DNA of 64,000 nucleotides, from assembly GCA_041665085.1 (NCBI GenBank), contig JBAYJO010000002.1, positions 83,413-147,412 on the forward strand, read 5' to 3'. This DNA comes from Patescibacteria group bacterium (GTDB lineage: Bacteria; Patescibacteriota; UBA1384; JBAYJO01). Position numbers and translations under genes: made by a program. The notes under the pieces are model-generated. The model searched no databases and was not told the origin of the DNA. It worked only from the letters and a program-made list of their open reading frames with translations. Below, piece after piece: positions 8,114 to 16,221 of this stretch. Numbering within the stretch: position 1 is the stretch's first letter; each line of letters starts with the position of its first letter.

Positions 8114-9623
8114 CCTCCTCTTTGGTAGTTAACCCGAGTTTGACCTTTTCCATACCATCTTCGGTCATGGTTTGCATACCATCAGCTTTTGCTTTTTCAA
8201 TGACATCAGCAAGTGGCGCTTTATTGTAAATTAATTTTTCTAAATCAGGAGTTGGCTTTAAAGTTTCTGAAATTACAATTCTGCCTTTGTAACCTGTAAA
8301 ATTACACGCGTCGCATCCTTTGCCGCCGCATTCTTGGTGGACTTTTCTTACAAGTCTTTGAGCAATAATAAGATTAATTGATCCTTGAAGTAAGAATGGT
8401 TCAAGCCCCATATCAACCAAACGAAGATAAGCAGCAGGAGCATTATTGGTGTGAAGAGTCGAGAGAACAAGATGACCGGTCATGGCCGAACGAATCGCAA
8501 TATCAGCAGTATCAAGATCTCGAATTTCACCAACCATAATAATATCCGGATCTTGTCTTAAAATAGATCGTAACCCTGAAGAAAATGTCATCCCTCCCTT
8601 AACTTCTTCTCCACTGACCTGAACCTGTTCTATTCCTGATAAACGATATTCAATTGGATTTTCAAGAGTAATAATTTTTACTCCTGGTTTGTTTAATAAA
8701 CTTAAAAGAGCATAAAGAGTGGTAGTTTTACCTGAACCTGTTGGACCGGTGTTCAGAATCATACCATTTGGCTTTTTGATGGCATCTAAAATATTTTTTT
8801 TAGACATTTCGGAAAAACCCAGATCATCCAAATTTAAAAAATTCCCATTTTGAGAAAGAAGTCTCATAACAATAGCTTCGCCATAATTAGTTGGAAGAGT
8901 CGATACTCTGACATCAACCTGCTCTCCACCAATGTTGTAGGAAAAGCGACCATCTTGCGGTTCTTTTTTTTGGTCCATCTTTAAACCTGATAGGAATTTA
9001 ATTCGGGAATTTAGTGCTTGATAAGCTGAATTGGGCAAATTAACAATATCCTGAAGTACTCCGTCAATTCTATATCTAATGCGGCAATCTGTTTCAGTTG
9101 GCTCGACATGAATATCTGATGCTTGAGTTTTTTTGGCTCCGGTAAACACAACATCAACTATTTGAGTAGTGGAGACATTTTTTATTTTCTCCCTTAAATC
9201 CATTAAATTTTGAATTTCTTGCTCAAAATTAGTAGTTGAGGAGCTGGTATTTAGAGCTAATTTTGCCTTTTCTTCATCAAGTGTAATCTTTTCGTACAAA
9301 GATAAAGCATAATTAAAACTAGTTTCTGAAACAGCGGATATGCTTGCTTCAATATTTTTTTCTTTAGCAATTTGCGAAAGATAATTAAAAAGTTCGGGAT
9401 TTTCAGGACGCGAGGTTGCAAATCTTACTCGCCTACCAAGCCTGATATAGGGAATAATAAAATTTAATTTTACTTGATCAAGCGGCAAAATTTTCATAAC
9501 ATCAGGAGCAATTGGGTAATTTACTAAATTGATATATGGAATATTAAAAATAGATGCAGACTCCCGCGCCTGTTGTTCCTCTTGGGTGCGTTTAATATTT
9601 TCTAGAGTTTTATCGATATCCAT
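8091..9623 (-). CDS. pilB: Type IV pilus / type II secretion assembly ATPase (PilB/GspE family)
   Basis: Walker A GPTGSGKTTT, GspE-type N-terminal domain, and a C-terminal Cys cluster (CGGKGCDACNFTGYKGR). Confidence 0.8.
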   Translation of the reverse strand: MDIDKTLENIKRTQEEQQARESASIFNIPYINLVNYPIAPDVMKILPLDQVKLNFIIPYIRLGRRVRFATSRPENPELFNYLSQIAKEKNIEASISAVSETSFNYALSLYEKITLDEEKAKLALNTSSSTTNFEQEIQNLMDLREKIKNVSTTQIVDVVFTGAKKTQASDIHVEPTETDCRIRYRIDGVLQDIVNLPNSAYQALNSRIKFLSGLKMDQKKEPQDGRFSYNIGGEQVDVRVSTLPTNYGEAIVMRLLSQNGNFLNLDDLGFSEMSKKNILDAIKKPNGMILNTGPTGSGKTTTLYALLSLLNKPGVKIITLENPIEYRLSGIEQVQVSGEEVKGGMTFSSGLRSILRQDPDIIMVGEIRDLDTADIAIRSAMTGHLVLSTLHTNNAPAAYLRLVDMGLEPFLLQGSINLIIAQRLVRKVHQECGGKGCDACNFTGYKGRIVISETLKPTPDLEKLIYNKAPLADVIEKAKADGMQTMTEDGMEKVKLGLTTKEEVERVISE

Positions 9624-9688
9624 AATTATTTTAAATTAAAAAAGAGTTTCTAATTTAATTATAGCATAAAATTACAAGGAAGTGAGTC

Positions 9689-9717
9689 ATTATAGCCCTT
9701 CGATAAACTCTCTTCAA
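9689..9717 (-). promoter_or_regulatory. Sigma70-like promoter for pilB (TTGAAG-N17-TATAAT on the minus strand)
   Basis: On the minus strand: TTGAAGagagtttatcgaagggcTATAAT, about 65 nt upstream of the pilB ATG. Confidence 0.45.
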
Positions 9718-9827
9718 GTCGAGCCTGAGGGCTCTTCCTTCAGAGTCGTTGACAGGGCATTCGACTTCTAGCTTCATGGTCGGAGACCATGAGCGCTCCG
9801 TCCACTTTGAGTGGACAGGAAGTCGTA

Positions 9828-9916
9828 TGGCGGAGAGGGTGGGATTCGGACCCACGATCCCTTGCGGGATACCGGTTTTCGAGACCAGCGCACTAGACCA
9901 ACTATGCGACCTCTCC
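9828..9916 (-). tRNA. tRNA-Ser (anticodon CGA) with long variable arm and encoded CCA
   Basis: Reverse complement is GGAGAGGTCGCATAGTTGGTCTAGTGCGCTGGTCTCGAAAACCGGTATCCCGCAAGGGATCGTGGGTCCGAATCCCACCCTCTCCGCCA. It has a 7-bp acceptor stem, anticodon loop CTCGAAA and a 16-nt variable arm. The T-loop reads TCCGAAT, so position 55 is C. Confidence 0.75.
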
Positions 9917-9963
9917 CTGTTGGATAGCTTGATTATAAAATATAGACTAGAGATAAACAATAA

Positions 9964-10416
9964 TTAACTTTGAACCTTAATAATAATTTTGCGATCTTGA
10001 CCCTCGCCGGTCGATTCACTTGTAATACCATCAATTGGCTGGCAAAGAGTGTGAACTATTTTTCTTTCCGAGGGATTTAAAGATTCAAATTCAACATTTT
10101 TTTGATCTTTTTTAATTTGAGTTACTGCTTTTTTAACCATATCTTCAAGCATACTTTTTCGTTTGTTTTTATAATCTGCAACATCAAGATTGATATAAAC
10201 AAAGTCCTCTTGGTTTTTATTGGCAAGTAGACGAACAACATGCTCTAAAGCATATAGATTTTGACCATTATAGCCGATCATTAAAGATGGGTCACTGCTT
10301 ATGATATTTATTTTAACTCCATCTCCTTCTTCAAGCACCATTACTTCAGCATTGTATTTAAGAAGATCTATAATATCTTTGGTAATTTGTTTGATGTCTT
10401 TAATTTTATTTTGCAT
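9964..10416 (-). CDS. jag: KH/R3H-domain RNA-binding protein Jag (KhpB)
   Basis: Conserved position after yidC. A KH-like region followed by an R3H-like C-terminus. The internal ATG (MQNKIK..) was chosen because the longer ORF overlaps yidC by 53 nt. Confidence 0.6.
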   Translation of the reverse strand: MQNKIKDIKQITKDIIDLLKYNAEVMVLEEGDGVKINIISSDPSLMIGYNGQNLYALEHVVRLLANKNQEDFVYINLDVADYKNKRKSMLEDMVKKAVTQIKKDQKNVEFESLNPSERKIVHTLCQPIDGITSESTGEGQDRKIIIKVQS

Positions 10417-10423
10417 TTTTCCT

Positions 10424-11167
10424 TTAATTATTTTTTTGTCTGATTTTAACAGAAACACTCGATTTATCAGAACCATTATTATTCATGATTAATTTTTGCT
10501 GAACAATGGTGAATATTGTGGTAATAACCCAGTAAAGGGCGAGGGACGAAGGAAGCCTTAAGGCAATAATTATAGTCATAAGCGGCATAATATACATAGT
10601 TTGATTCTGCATTACATCTTGGAAATCCGATTGTTTTGTTTTGTGTTTTGGAGGCATAATCTGTCTGGCTTGGATAAACTGCAAAAGTCCGGCAATAACC
10701 GGTAAAATATAAAATTTATCAGGTAGACTTAAATCGAGCCACAAAAATCCGGTTGTAAAAGTGGAAAGATGAGGGGTAAAAGAGTAAAGCAGCTCGTCGT
10801 ATCTTGCTGTTGTAAGACCGGTTCTGAAAACATAATATAAAACAAAAAAAACAGGAATTTGAATCAAAAGAGGAAGACAACCGCTTAATGGATTAATTTT
10901 ATTGATCTTATAAAACTCCATGATTTGCTTGGATTGTTCTTGTTTGTCAGGATATTTTTTCTTAATTGCCTCAAGTTCCGGGTTTAAATCTCTAATTCTT
11001 TTTTGAGCCTGAATCGCGTGTTTTGAAGAAGGAATTAGGGCCAATCTGATCAACATGGTAAGAATAATAATTGCCACTCCGATGCTGTGACCGGGAATTA
11101 TAAATATTAAAAAAGCCAAGATATTAAACAATGGCTGATATAAAATTACTTTGAGAAAATTTTTCAT
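10424..11167 (-). CDS. yidC: Membrane protein insertase YidC (short Gram-positive/CPR-type)
   Basis: Five TM segments in a YidC/Oxa1-like pattern. It sits between yidD and jag. Confidence 0.75.
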   Translation of the reverse strand: MKNFLKVILYQPLFNILAFLIFIIPGHSIGVAIIILTMLIRLALIPSSKHAIQAQKRIRDLNPELEAIKKKYPDKQEQSKQIMEFYKINKINPLSGCLPLLIQIPVFFVLYYVFRTGLTTARYDELLYSFTPHLSTFTTGFLWLDLSLPDKFYILPVIAGLLQFIQARQIMPPKHKTKQSDFQDVMQNQTMYIMPLMTIIIALRLPSSLALYWVITTIFTIVQQKLIMNNNGSDKSSVSVKIRQKNN

Positions 11168-11171
11168 ATAA

Positions 11172-11408
11172 TTATTTTAAAGGGTCGTTTCCACCACTTT
11201 GGAAAGGATTGCAACGACTGATTCTCTTGACTCCTAAATATGATCCCTTAATTACTCCGTATTTATTAATTGCTTGGTAAGTATATTCTGAACAGGTCGG
11301 GTGGAAACGGCATACTCCATGTTTGTAAAGATGTCTTAATGGGCCGTGATCCAACGATAAGGTGTGTTGATATAAACGAATTAGAAATAAAGCGATTTTT
11401 TTAAACAT
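11172..11408 (-). CDS. yidD: Membrane protein insertion efficiency factor YidD
   Basis: Motif [22 protein letters not shown]. Confidence 0.8.
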   Translation of the reverse strand: MFKKIALFLIRLYQHTLSLDHGPLRHLYKHGVCRFHPTCSEYTYQAINKYGVIKGSYLGVKRISRCNPFQSGGNDPLK

Positions 11409-11751
11409 TCTTCTTTAATATTTTGGCATGAATCATTAATTCTTCCAAATCTTGGTGAATTTCTGAAAATGGTATCTCTTTTTTAAAATGCTTCAAACTG
11501 ATTACAATATTTACCTTCCCAATCATTCTATCATAAAGAGACGAGATAATACTCTTTATTCTTCTTTTGGCGAGATTTCTAACTGTCGCGCGATTTGAGA
11601 TCTTCTTGCTTACAATAATAGCAAATCGAGAGATATCATTGACATTGGGAGCAATGCGCAAAATCATAAATCTGCCTCGGTAAACTCGGCCATTTTTAAA
11701 GATATAATCAAAATCTTTTTGTTTGGAAATGCGAGTTTTTTTTGCCAACAT
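11401..11751 (-). CDS. rnpA: Ribonuclease P protein component
   Basis: Basic 116-aa protein located between rpmH and yidD, with an RnpA-like sequence. Confidence 0.8.
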   Translation of the reverse strand: MLAKKTRISKQKDFDYIFKNGRVYRGRFMILRIAPNVNDISRFAIIVSKKISNRATVRNLAKRRIKSIISSLYDRMIGKVNIVISLKHFKKEIPFSEIHQDLEELMIHAKILKKNV

Positions 11752-11755
11752 AAAG

Positions 11756-11890
11756 TTACACCGTTAATTTATGGCGACCTTTTAACCTTCTAAGTTTAAC
11801 AACTCTACGACCGCCTTCTGAAGACATTCTGGCAAAAAAACCATGAATCTTCACTCGATGATTCTTTTTTGGCTGATAAGTTCTTTTCAT
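11756..11890 (-). CDS. rpmH: 50S ribosomal protein L34
   Basis: Not in the ORF track because it is below the size cut-off. Reverse-strand translation is [44 protein letters not shown]. Confidence 0.85.
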   Translation of the reverse strand: MKRTYQPKKNHRVKIHGFFARMSSEGGRRVVKLRRLKGRHKLTV

Positions 11891-11989
11891 TTCAAACTTT
11901 CATTTAGTTAATACATACTATAATGTTGATACAGAATAATTATACCCCTAAAAATACCGTTTGGTCAACCCTATTGTGCATTTTCTTGC

Positions 11990-12003
11990 TTGCTGTGGAT
12001 AAC
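11990..12003. promoter_or_regulatory. DnaA box (TGTGGATAA) upstream of dnaA
   Basis: 'ctgtggataac' matches the consensus TTATCCACA on the complementary strand. Confidence 0.5.
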
Positions 12004-12056
12004 TTTGTTATATTTAACTCGGACCTGATTAATACTTAGATTAAGGTAGGAGGAAG

Positions 12057-13421
12057 ATGGATTTGGAAAAAATTTGGAATACAGCACTGGGAGAACTTGA
12101 AGTTGTCCTGTCAAAGGCAAACTATATCACTTGGTTTAAAGACACTTTTATTGTCTCAAGTGAAGACGGAAAAATAGTGATTGGAGTTCCTAATGGATTT
12201 GCCGAAGAATGGCTAAGTAAAAAATTCCACCCTCAAATTTTTGATACTTTAAAAAAAACTATTTCCGATTTGAAAGAAATAGAATATAAAATTATCCCTA
12301 ATAAAAATCAATTCGAAGCCAAAACATCTGTTAGTATTGATCGAGATGAAATTGAAAATAAACGAACAAGCGTTTCAAATACTAAATCAACTGACAATAA
12401 TCTAAATCCAAAATATGTTTTTGAAAATTTTATCGTAAGCAACACCAACCGCCTTGCTCAAGCCAGTTCAATTGCAGTGGCCAATAACCCCGGCATGGTT
12501 TACAATCCACTCTTTATTTACGGAGGGGTAGGACTAGGGAAAACCCATCTTTTGCATGGGATCGGACACGAAATATTAAGAAAGTGGCCGGAAAAGAAAG
12601 TTGTTTATCTTTCCTGTGAAAAATTTACAAATGAATTTATCCACTCGATTTCCACAGGTAAAATTAATGAGTTTAAAAAGACTTATCGAAATGTTGATGT
12701 CCTGCTTGTTGATGATATTCAATTCCTTTCTAATAAAGAAGGTTTTCAAGAAGAATTTTTTCATACATTTAATTCCCTGCACCAGACTAATCGCCAGATA
12801 GTAATGACTGCTGATAGAATGCCAAAAGCCATTCCTGCTCTTGAGGAAAGATTATCTTCAAGATTTGGTTGGGGTTTAATTGCCGATATCCAATCTCCTA
12901 ATTTTGAAACTCGAATGGCCATCCTGCAAGCTAAGTGTAAAGAAAAAGGACACATTCTTGATGAAGAAGTTTTGAAATATATTGCACAAAATGTAAACTC
13001 AAATATCAGAGAACTTGAGGGTTGTTTGAACCGATTGATTACTTCTTCTGAACTGACTAATGTGGAAATTAATCTAAAAAACGCTGAAAGTATTTTAGCG
13101 GATTTTGTAAACAGCCCTTTAAATGCCAATATTTCAATTAATAAGGTATTTAAAATTATCAGTGATTATTATGAAATAAAAATCGAAGAAATTATGAGCG
13201 AAAAGAGAAATAAAGAATTAGTCAGGCCAAGACAAGTAATTATGTATATATTAAGAAATGAATTAAACTTATCTTATCCAAAAATTGCAAAAGAGTTGAA
13301 CGGTAAAGATCACACAACCATTATGTATGGAGTTTCAAAAATTAAAAAAGAATTAGCAAGAGACGAAACTTTGAAAAAAGACTTAGTTAATATAAAAGAA
13401 AAGCTTTACTCTATTGCCTAG
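12057..13421 (+). CDS. dnaA: Chromosomal replication initiator protein DnaA
   Basis: SD aggaggaag upstream. AAA+ Walker A GGVGLGKTHL and a C-terminal DNA-binding domain. Confidence 0.9.
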   Translation: MDLEKIWNTALGELEVVLSKANYITWFKDTFIVSSEDGKIVIGVPNGFAEEWLSKKFHPQIFDTLKKTISDLKEIEYKIIPNKNQFEAKTSVSIDRDEIENKRTSVSNTKSTDNNLNPKYVFENFIVSNTNRLAQASSIAVANNPGMVYNPLFIYGGVGLGKTHLLHGIGHEILRKWPEKKVVYLSCEKFTNEFIHSISTGKINEFKKTYRNVDVLLVDDIQFLSNKEGFQEEFFHTFNSLHQTNRQIVMTADRMPKAIPALEERLSSRFGWGLIADIQSPNFETRMAILQAKCKEKGHILDEEVLKYIAQNVNSNIRELEGCLNRLITSSELTNVEINLKNAESILADFVNSPLNANISINKVFKIISDYYEIKIEEIMSEKRNKELVRPRQVIMYILRNELNLSYPKIAKELNGKDHTTIMYGVSKIKKELARDETLKKDLVNIKEKLYSIA

Positions 13422-13664
13422 TTGTGGATAAAATGTGGATAAAATAAGCTTTATAAACATCATTGACAATTAAAACATACACCGCTTAATAATTATCCCA
13501 TACTAATCCACAGAAAAAGTTGATTTATACCTGTTATTATCCCCCATTAATCCACCACCCAATGAGGTTAAATCCACAATATTCACACCCCTTATTATTA
13601 CAGTTATTATTTATATATATGTATATATTATTAAAACAAATGTGGAAAACAATTAAAGAAAAGG
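13422..13664. promoter_or_regulatory. oriC-like region: DnaA-box cluster plus AT-rich unwinding element between dnaA and dnaN
   Basis: Two perfect TGTGGATAA boxes at 13424-13447. Near-consensus boxes follow: TAATCCACA (about 13506), TTAATCCAC, TAAATCCACA and TGTGGAAAA. An AT tract tatttatatatatgtatatattattaaaa lies at 13603-13635. Confidence 0.7.
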
Positions 13665-14777
13665 ATGGTAAGAATGAATTTTTCTTGTAAGCAACAAAAT
13701 ATATCTAAAGCATTAAATATTGTATCTAGATTTTCAGGAACAAAAACAACAACACTTCCAATACTTAATAATATTTTAATATCTACTGATAAAGGAAGAT
13801 TAAAGTTTTCAGCAACAAATTTAGAAATTGGGATTAACACTTGGATAGGGGCAAAAGTTGAAGAAGAAGGATCTTATACAATTCCTTCAAAATTATTTAT
13901 TGATTTTATAAATACTAATAATGATGAAACAATTAATTTTAAATTAAAAGATGATTCATTAATTTTAAAAAGTGATAAATATAACGGTAAAATTAAAGGA
14001 ATTGTTGCATCTGAATTTCCATTAATTCCTTCGATTAAAAATAAAGAAGTTTTTTATATTTCTGCTGAAGAATTTAAAACAGCTATAATTGAAACTGCTT
14101 TTGCTTGTGCAATTGATGAAACAAGACCGATTTTAGCCGGTGTTTATATGAAAGTTGAAAAAGATATGGCAACCTTTGTTTCAACTGATAGTTATAGATT
14201 GGCTGAAAAACAGGTTAAATTAAATAAATCAATTGAAGGTGAAATTAATATTATCATCCCCTCTCGAGTGTTAAGTGAACTTGCTCGAATTATTACAAAT
14301 GAAAAAGAAATTGGAATATTATGCGATGATAACCAAATTCAATTCAATTTTGGTGAAATTGAAGTTATTTCAAGATTGATTGAAGGAAAATTTCCTGATT
14401 ATAAACAATTGATTGCAAATAATTTTTCAACAGAAGTTGTGATTAAAAATAATGATTTAAAAAATGCTATTAAAATGGCATCGTATTTTGTTAGAGATGG
14501 AGCTAATAATATCAGAGTAAAAGTTGACGCTAAAGGAATGATAATTTCATCTTATTCTGCCGAAGTTGGTGATAGTGAAAGTAAATTGAATTGTGAAGTT
14601 AAAGGCGTAGGAATAGAAATTACATTTAATGCTAAATATATTCTTGATGCTCTAAATGTAATTGGATCAGATATGATCGAGTTTAAATTTAATGATAAAT
14701 TAAACCCCGGTTTTATTTCAACATCAGAAGATAAAAATTATAAATATATAATAATGCCCTTAAGGATTGAAGAGTGA
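13665..14777 (+). CDS. dnaN: DNA polymerase III beta subunit (sliding clamp)
   Basis: Conserved position after dnaA. Three-domain beta-clamp pattern, about 370 aa. Confidence 0.85.
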   Translation: MVRMNFSCKQQNISKALNIVSRFSGTKTTTLPILNNILISTDKGRLKFSATNLEIGINTWIGAKVEEEGSYTIPSKLFIDFINTNNDETINFKLKDDSLILKSDKYNGKIKGIVASEFPLIPSIKNKEVFYISAEEFKTAIIETAFACAIDETRPILAGVYMKVEKDMATFVSTDSYRLAEKQVKLNKSIEGEINIIIPSRVLSELARIITNEKEIGILCDDNQIQFNFGEIEVISRLIEGKFPDYKQLIANNFSTEVVIKNNDLKNAIKMASYFVRDGANNIRVKVDAKGMIISSYSAEVGDSESKLNCEVKGVGIEITFNAKYILDALNVIGSDMIEFKFNDKLNPGFISTSEDKNYKYIIMPLRIEE

Positions 14778-15826
14778 TATTAAAACTAAAGTTATTTAAC
14801 TTTAGAAATTACAGGGAAGTAGAATATAAATTTGGAAAACAAACTGTTATCTGTGGTAAAAATGGAGCTGGTAAAACTAATCTTCTGGAAGCAATTGGCA
14901 TATGTTCTACTACCAAATCATTTAGAGGATCAGGTGATAATGATTTAGTTAATTGGGACGAGAATTATTATAGGCTTGAAGCAACAATTAAAAACAAAAA
15001 TAAAGGAACAGATTTTCTTGAGTTGATTTTTCAGAAAGAAGCTCAAGGACCTAAAAAAATTGCCAAGATTAATAAAGTAAAGACAGGTTTGTCTAATTTT
15101 ATTGGAAAATTAAAAGTTGTTGAATACTCTTTTGAAAGCAATGATCTGATTCTGGATGGTCCGGCCAAGAGAAGAAGATTTTTAGATAGTTCGCTTTGTC
15201 AGCTTTTTCCGGAATATACTTTAAATCTGATAAAGTTTATGCGAATAATTAAAAATAGAAATCATTTGTTATACAAAATCAGAGAACGGATGGCAGGTGT
15301 TGATGAGCTTGATTTTTGGGATGAGGGGCTTATTTCATTAGGACTTGAAATTGTTAAATATCGTAAAGAATTTATTGTTTTTATTAATAAAAATATAAAT
15401 AGTTTCTACTCTTATTTATCGGATGATGATAAAAAAATTGAATTAAAATATCATTTAAGTGGGTTTGATAGTTTAAATGATTTAAGAAGTAAAAGAGAGC
15501 AAGAAATTAGAGCGGGATTAAGTTTGTATGGACCGCATCGAGATGATTTGTTATTTTTTTCAGATCATCATAAAGTGGAAGATTCTCTTTCAAGAGGAGA
15601 GATAAAATCACTTCTTTTTGTCTTAAAAAAATGTGAGGCTGAATATATTTTTGATAAGTCGAGTGAACGGCCGGTGATACTTTTTGATGATATTTTAGCT
15701 GAGCTTGATGAGAATAGGAGAAAAAAATTGGAACAGTTTATTGAAGATAATCAGATAATTATTTCTTCAACTGAAAAGACAGAGTTAGAGGGTTTGTTTG
15801 GAAATAGTGAGTTTATTAATTTATGA
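14774..15826 (+). CDS. recF: DNA replication and repair protein RecF
   Basis: ATGA overlap with dnaN. Walker A GKNGAGKTNLLEAI and an SMC-like signature near the C-terminus. Confidence 0.85.
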   Translation: MILKLKLFNFRNYREVEYKFGKQTVICGKNGAGKTNLLEAIGICSTTKSFRGSGDNDLVNWDENYYRLEATIKNKNKGTDFLELIFQKEAQGPKKIAKINKVKTGLSNFIGKLKVVEYSFESNDLILDGPAKRRRFLDSSLCQLFPEYTLNLIKFMRIIKNRNHLLYKIRERMAGVDELDFWDEGLISLGLEIVKYRKEFIVFINKNINSFYSYLSDDDKKIELKYHLSGFDSLNDLRSKREQEIRAGLSLYGPHRDDLLFFSDHHKVEDSLSRGEIKSLLFVLKKCEAEYIFDKSSERPVILFDDILAELDENRRKKLEQFIEDNQIIISSTEKTELEGLFGNSEFINL

Positions 15827-15830
15827 AAAC

Positions 15831-15898
15831 TGCGAAGCATTGTCAAAATTACTTAGCACCGGCGGACCTTTATGCGTAATTTTAACAATGCTTCGCAT
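15831..15898. promoter_or_regulatory. Long inverted repeat / stem-loop between recF and the DUF721 gene
   Basis: 21-bp arms tgcgaagcattgtcaaaatta / taattttaacaatgcttcgca with 1 mismatch, and a 26-nt loop. Confidence 0.55.
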
Positions 15899-15933
15899 TA
15901 ACGAATTTATAAAGTTCATAAGATTTATTTTAA

Positions 15934-16221
15934 TTGGAAGGTGTGATGGAAAAGATTGATAAGATTATAAATAAAAGATTAAAACAAGGTGATTTTAAAA
16001 AACCAATGAAGGCGGCAATGGTATGTATGATAGTGCAAAAAATCATACCAGAGTGCCGTGTGGTGTCGTTTGATGGGGGTTTACTTAGACTTTGGGCGCT
16101 TGATTATCCTACTGCAAACACAATTATTATGAATCAAATAAATCTTATAAAAGAAATCAATAAAGAACTCAAATTTGAAAGAGTAAAAGGAATTAGAGTA
16201 AGAGTTAAGAACTATTCTTAA
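15934..16221 (+). CDS. DUF721/DciA-like small protein (conserved partner of the dnaA-dnaN-recF cluster)
   Basis: 95 aa. Position and pattern (..VVSFDGGLLRLWALDYPTANTIIMNQ..) are typical of DUF721 proteins. An alternative ATG lies at 15946. Confidence 0.45.
   Translation: MEGVMEKIDKIINKRLKQGDFKKPMKAAMVCMIVQKIIPECRVVSFDGGLLRLWALDYPTANTIIMNQINLIKEINKELKFERVKGIRVRVKNYS

Noticed and set aside
9624-9827. Possible structured ncRNA (SRP/4.5S-like 'CTGAAGGAAGAGCC' segment) between tRNA-Ser and pilB.
   Set aside because: Only loose resemblance to the SRP domain IV consensus. The region is better explained as three short 3'-trailer hairpins plus a consensus TTGAAG-N17-TATAAT promoter for pilB.
9655-9967. 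ORFs 9655..9960 (-) and 9749..9967 (+) overlapping the tRNA.
   Set aside because: They overlap the tRNA-Ser gene and its flanks. No coding signal.
9964-10476. Longer Jag ORF starting at 10476.
   Set aside because: It would overlap yidC by 53 nt. The internal ATG at 10416 gives the conventional arrangement, but the start remains uncertain.
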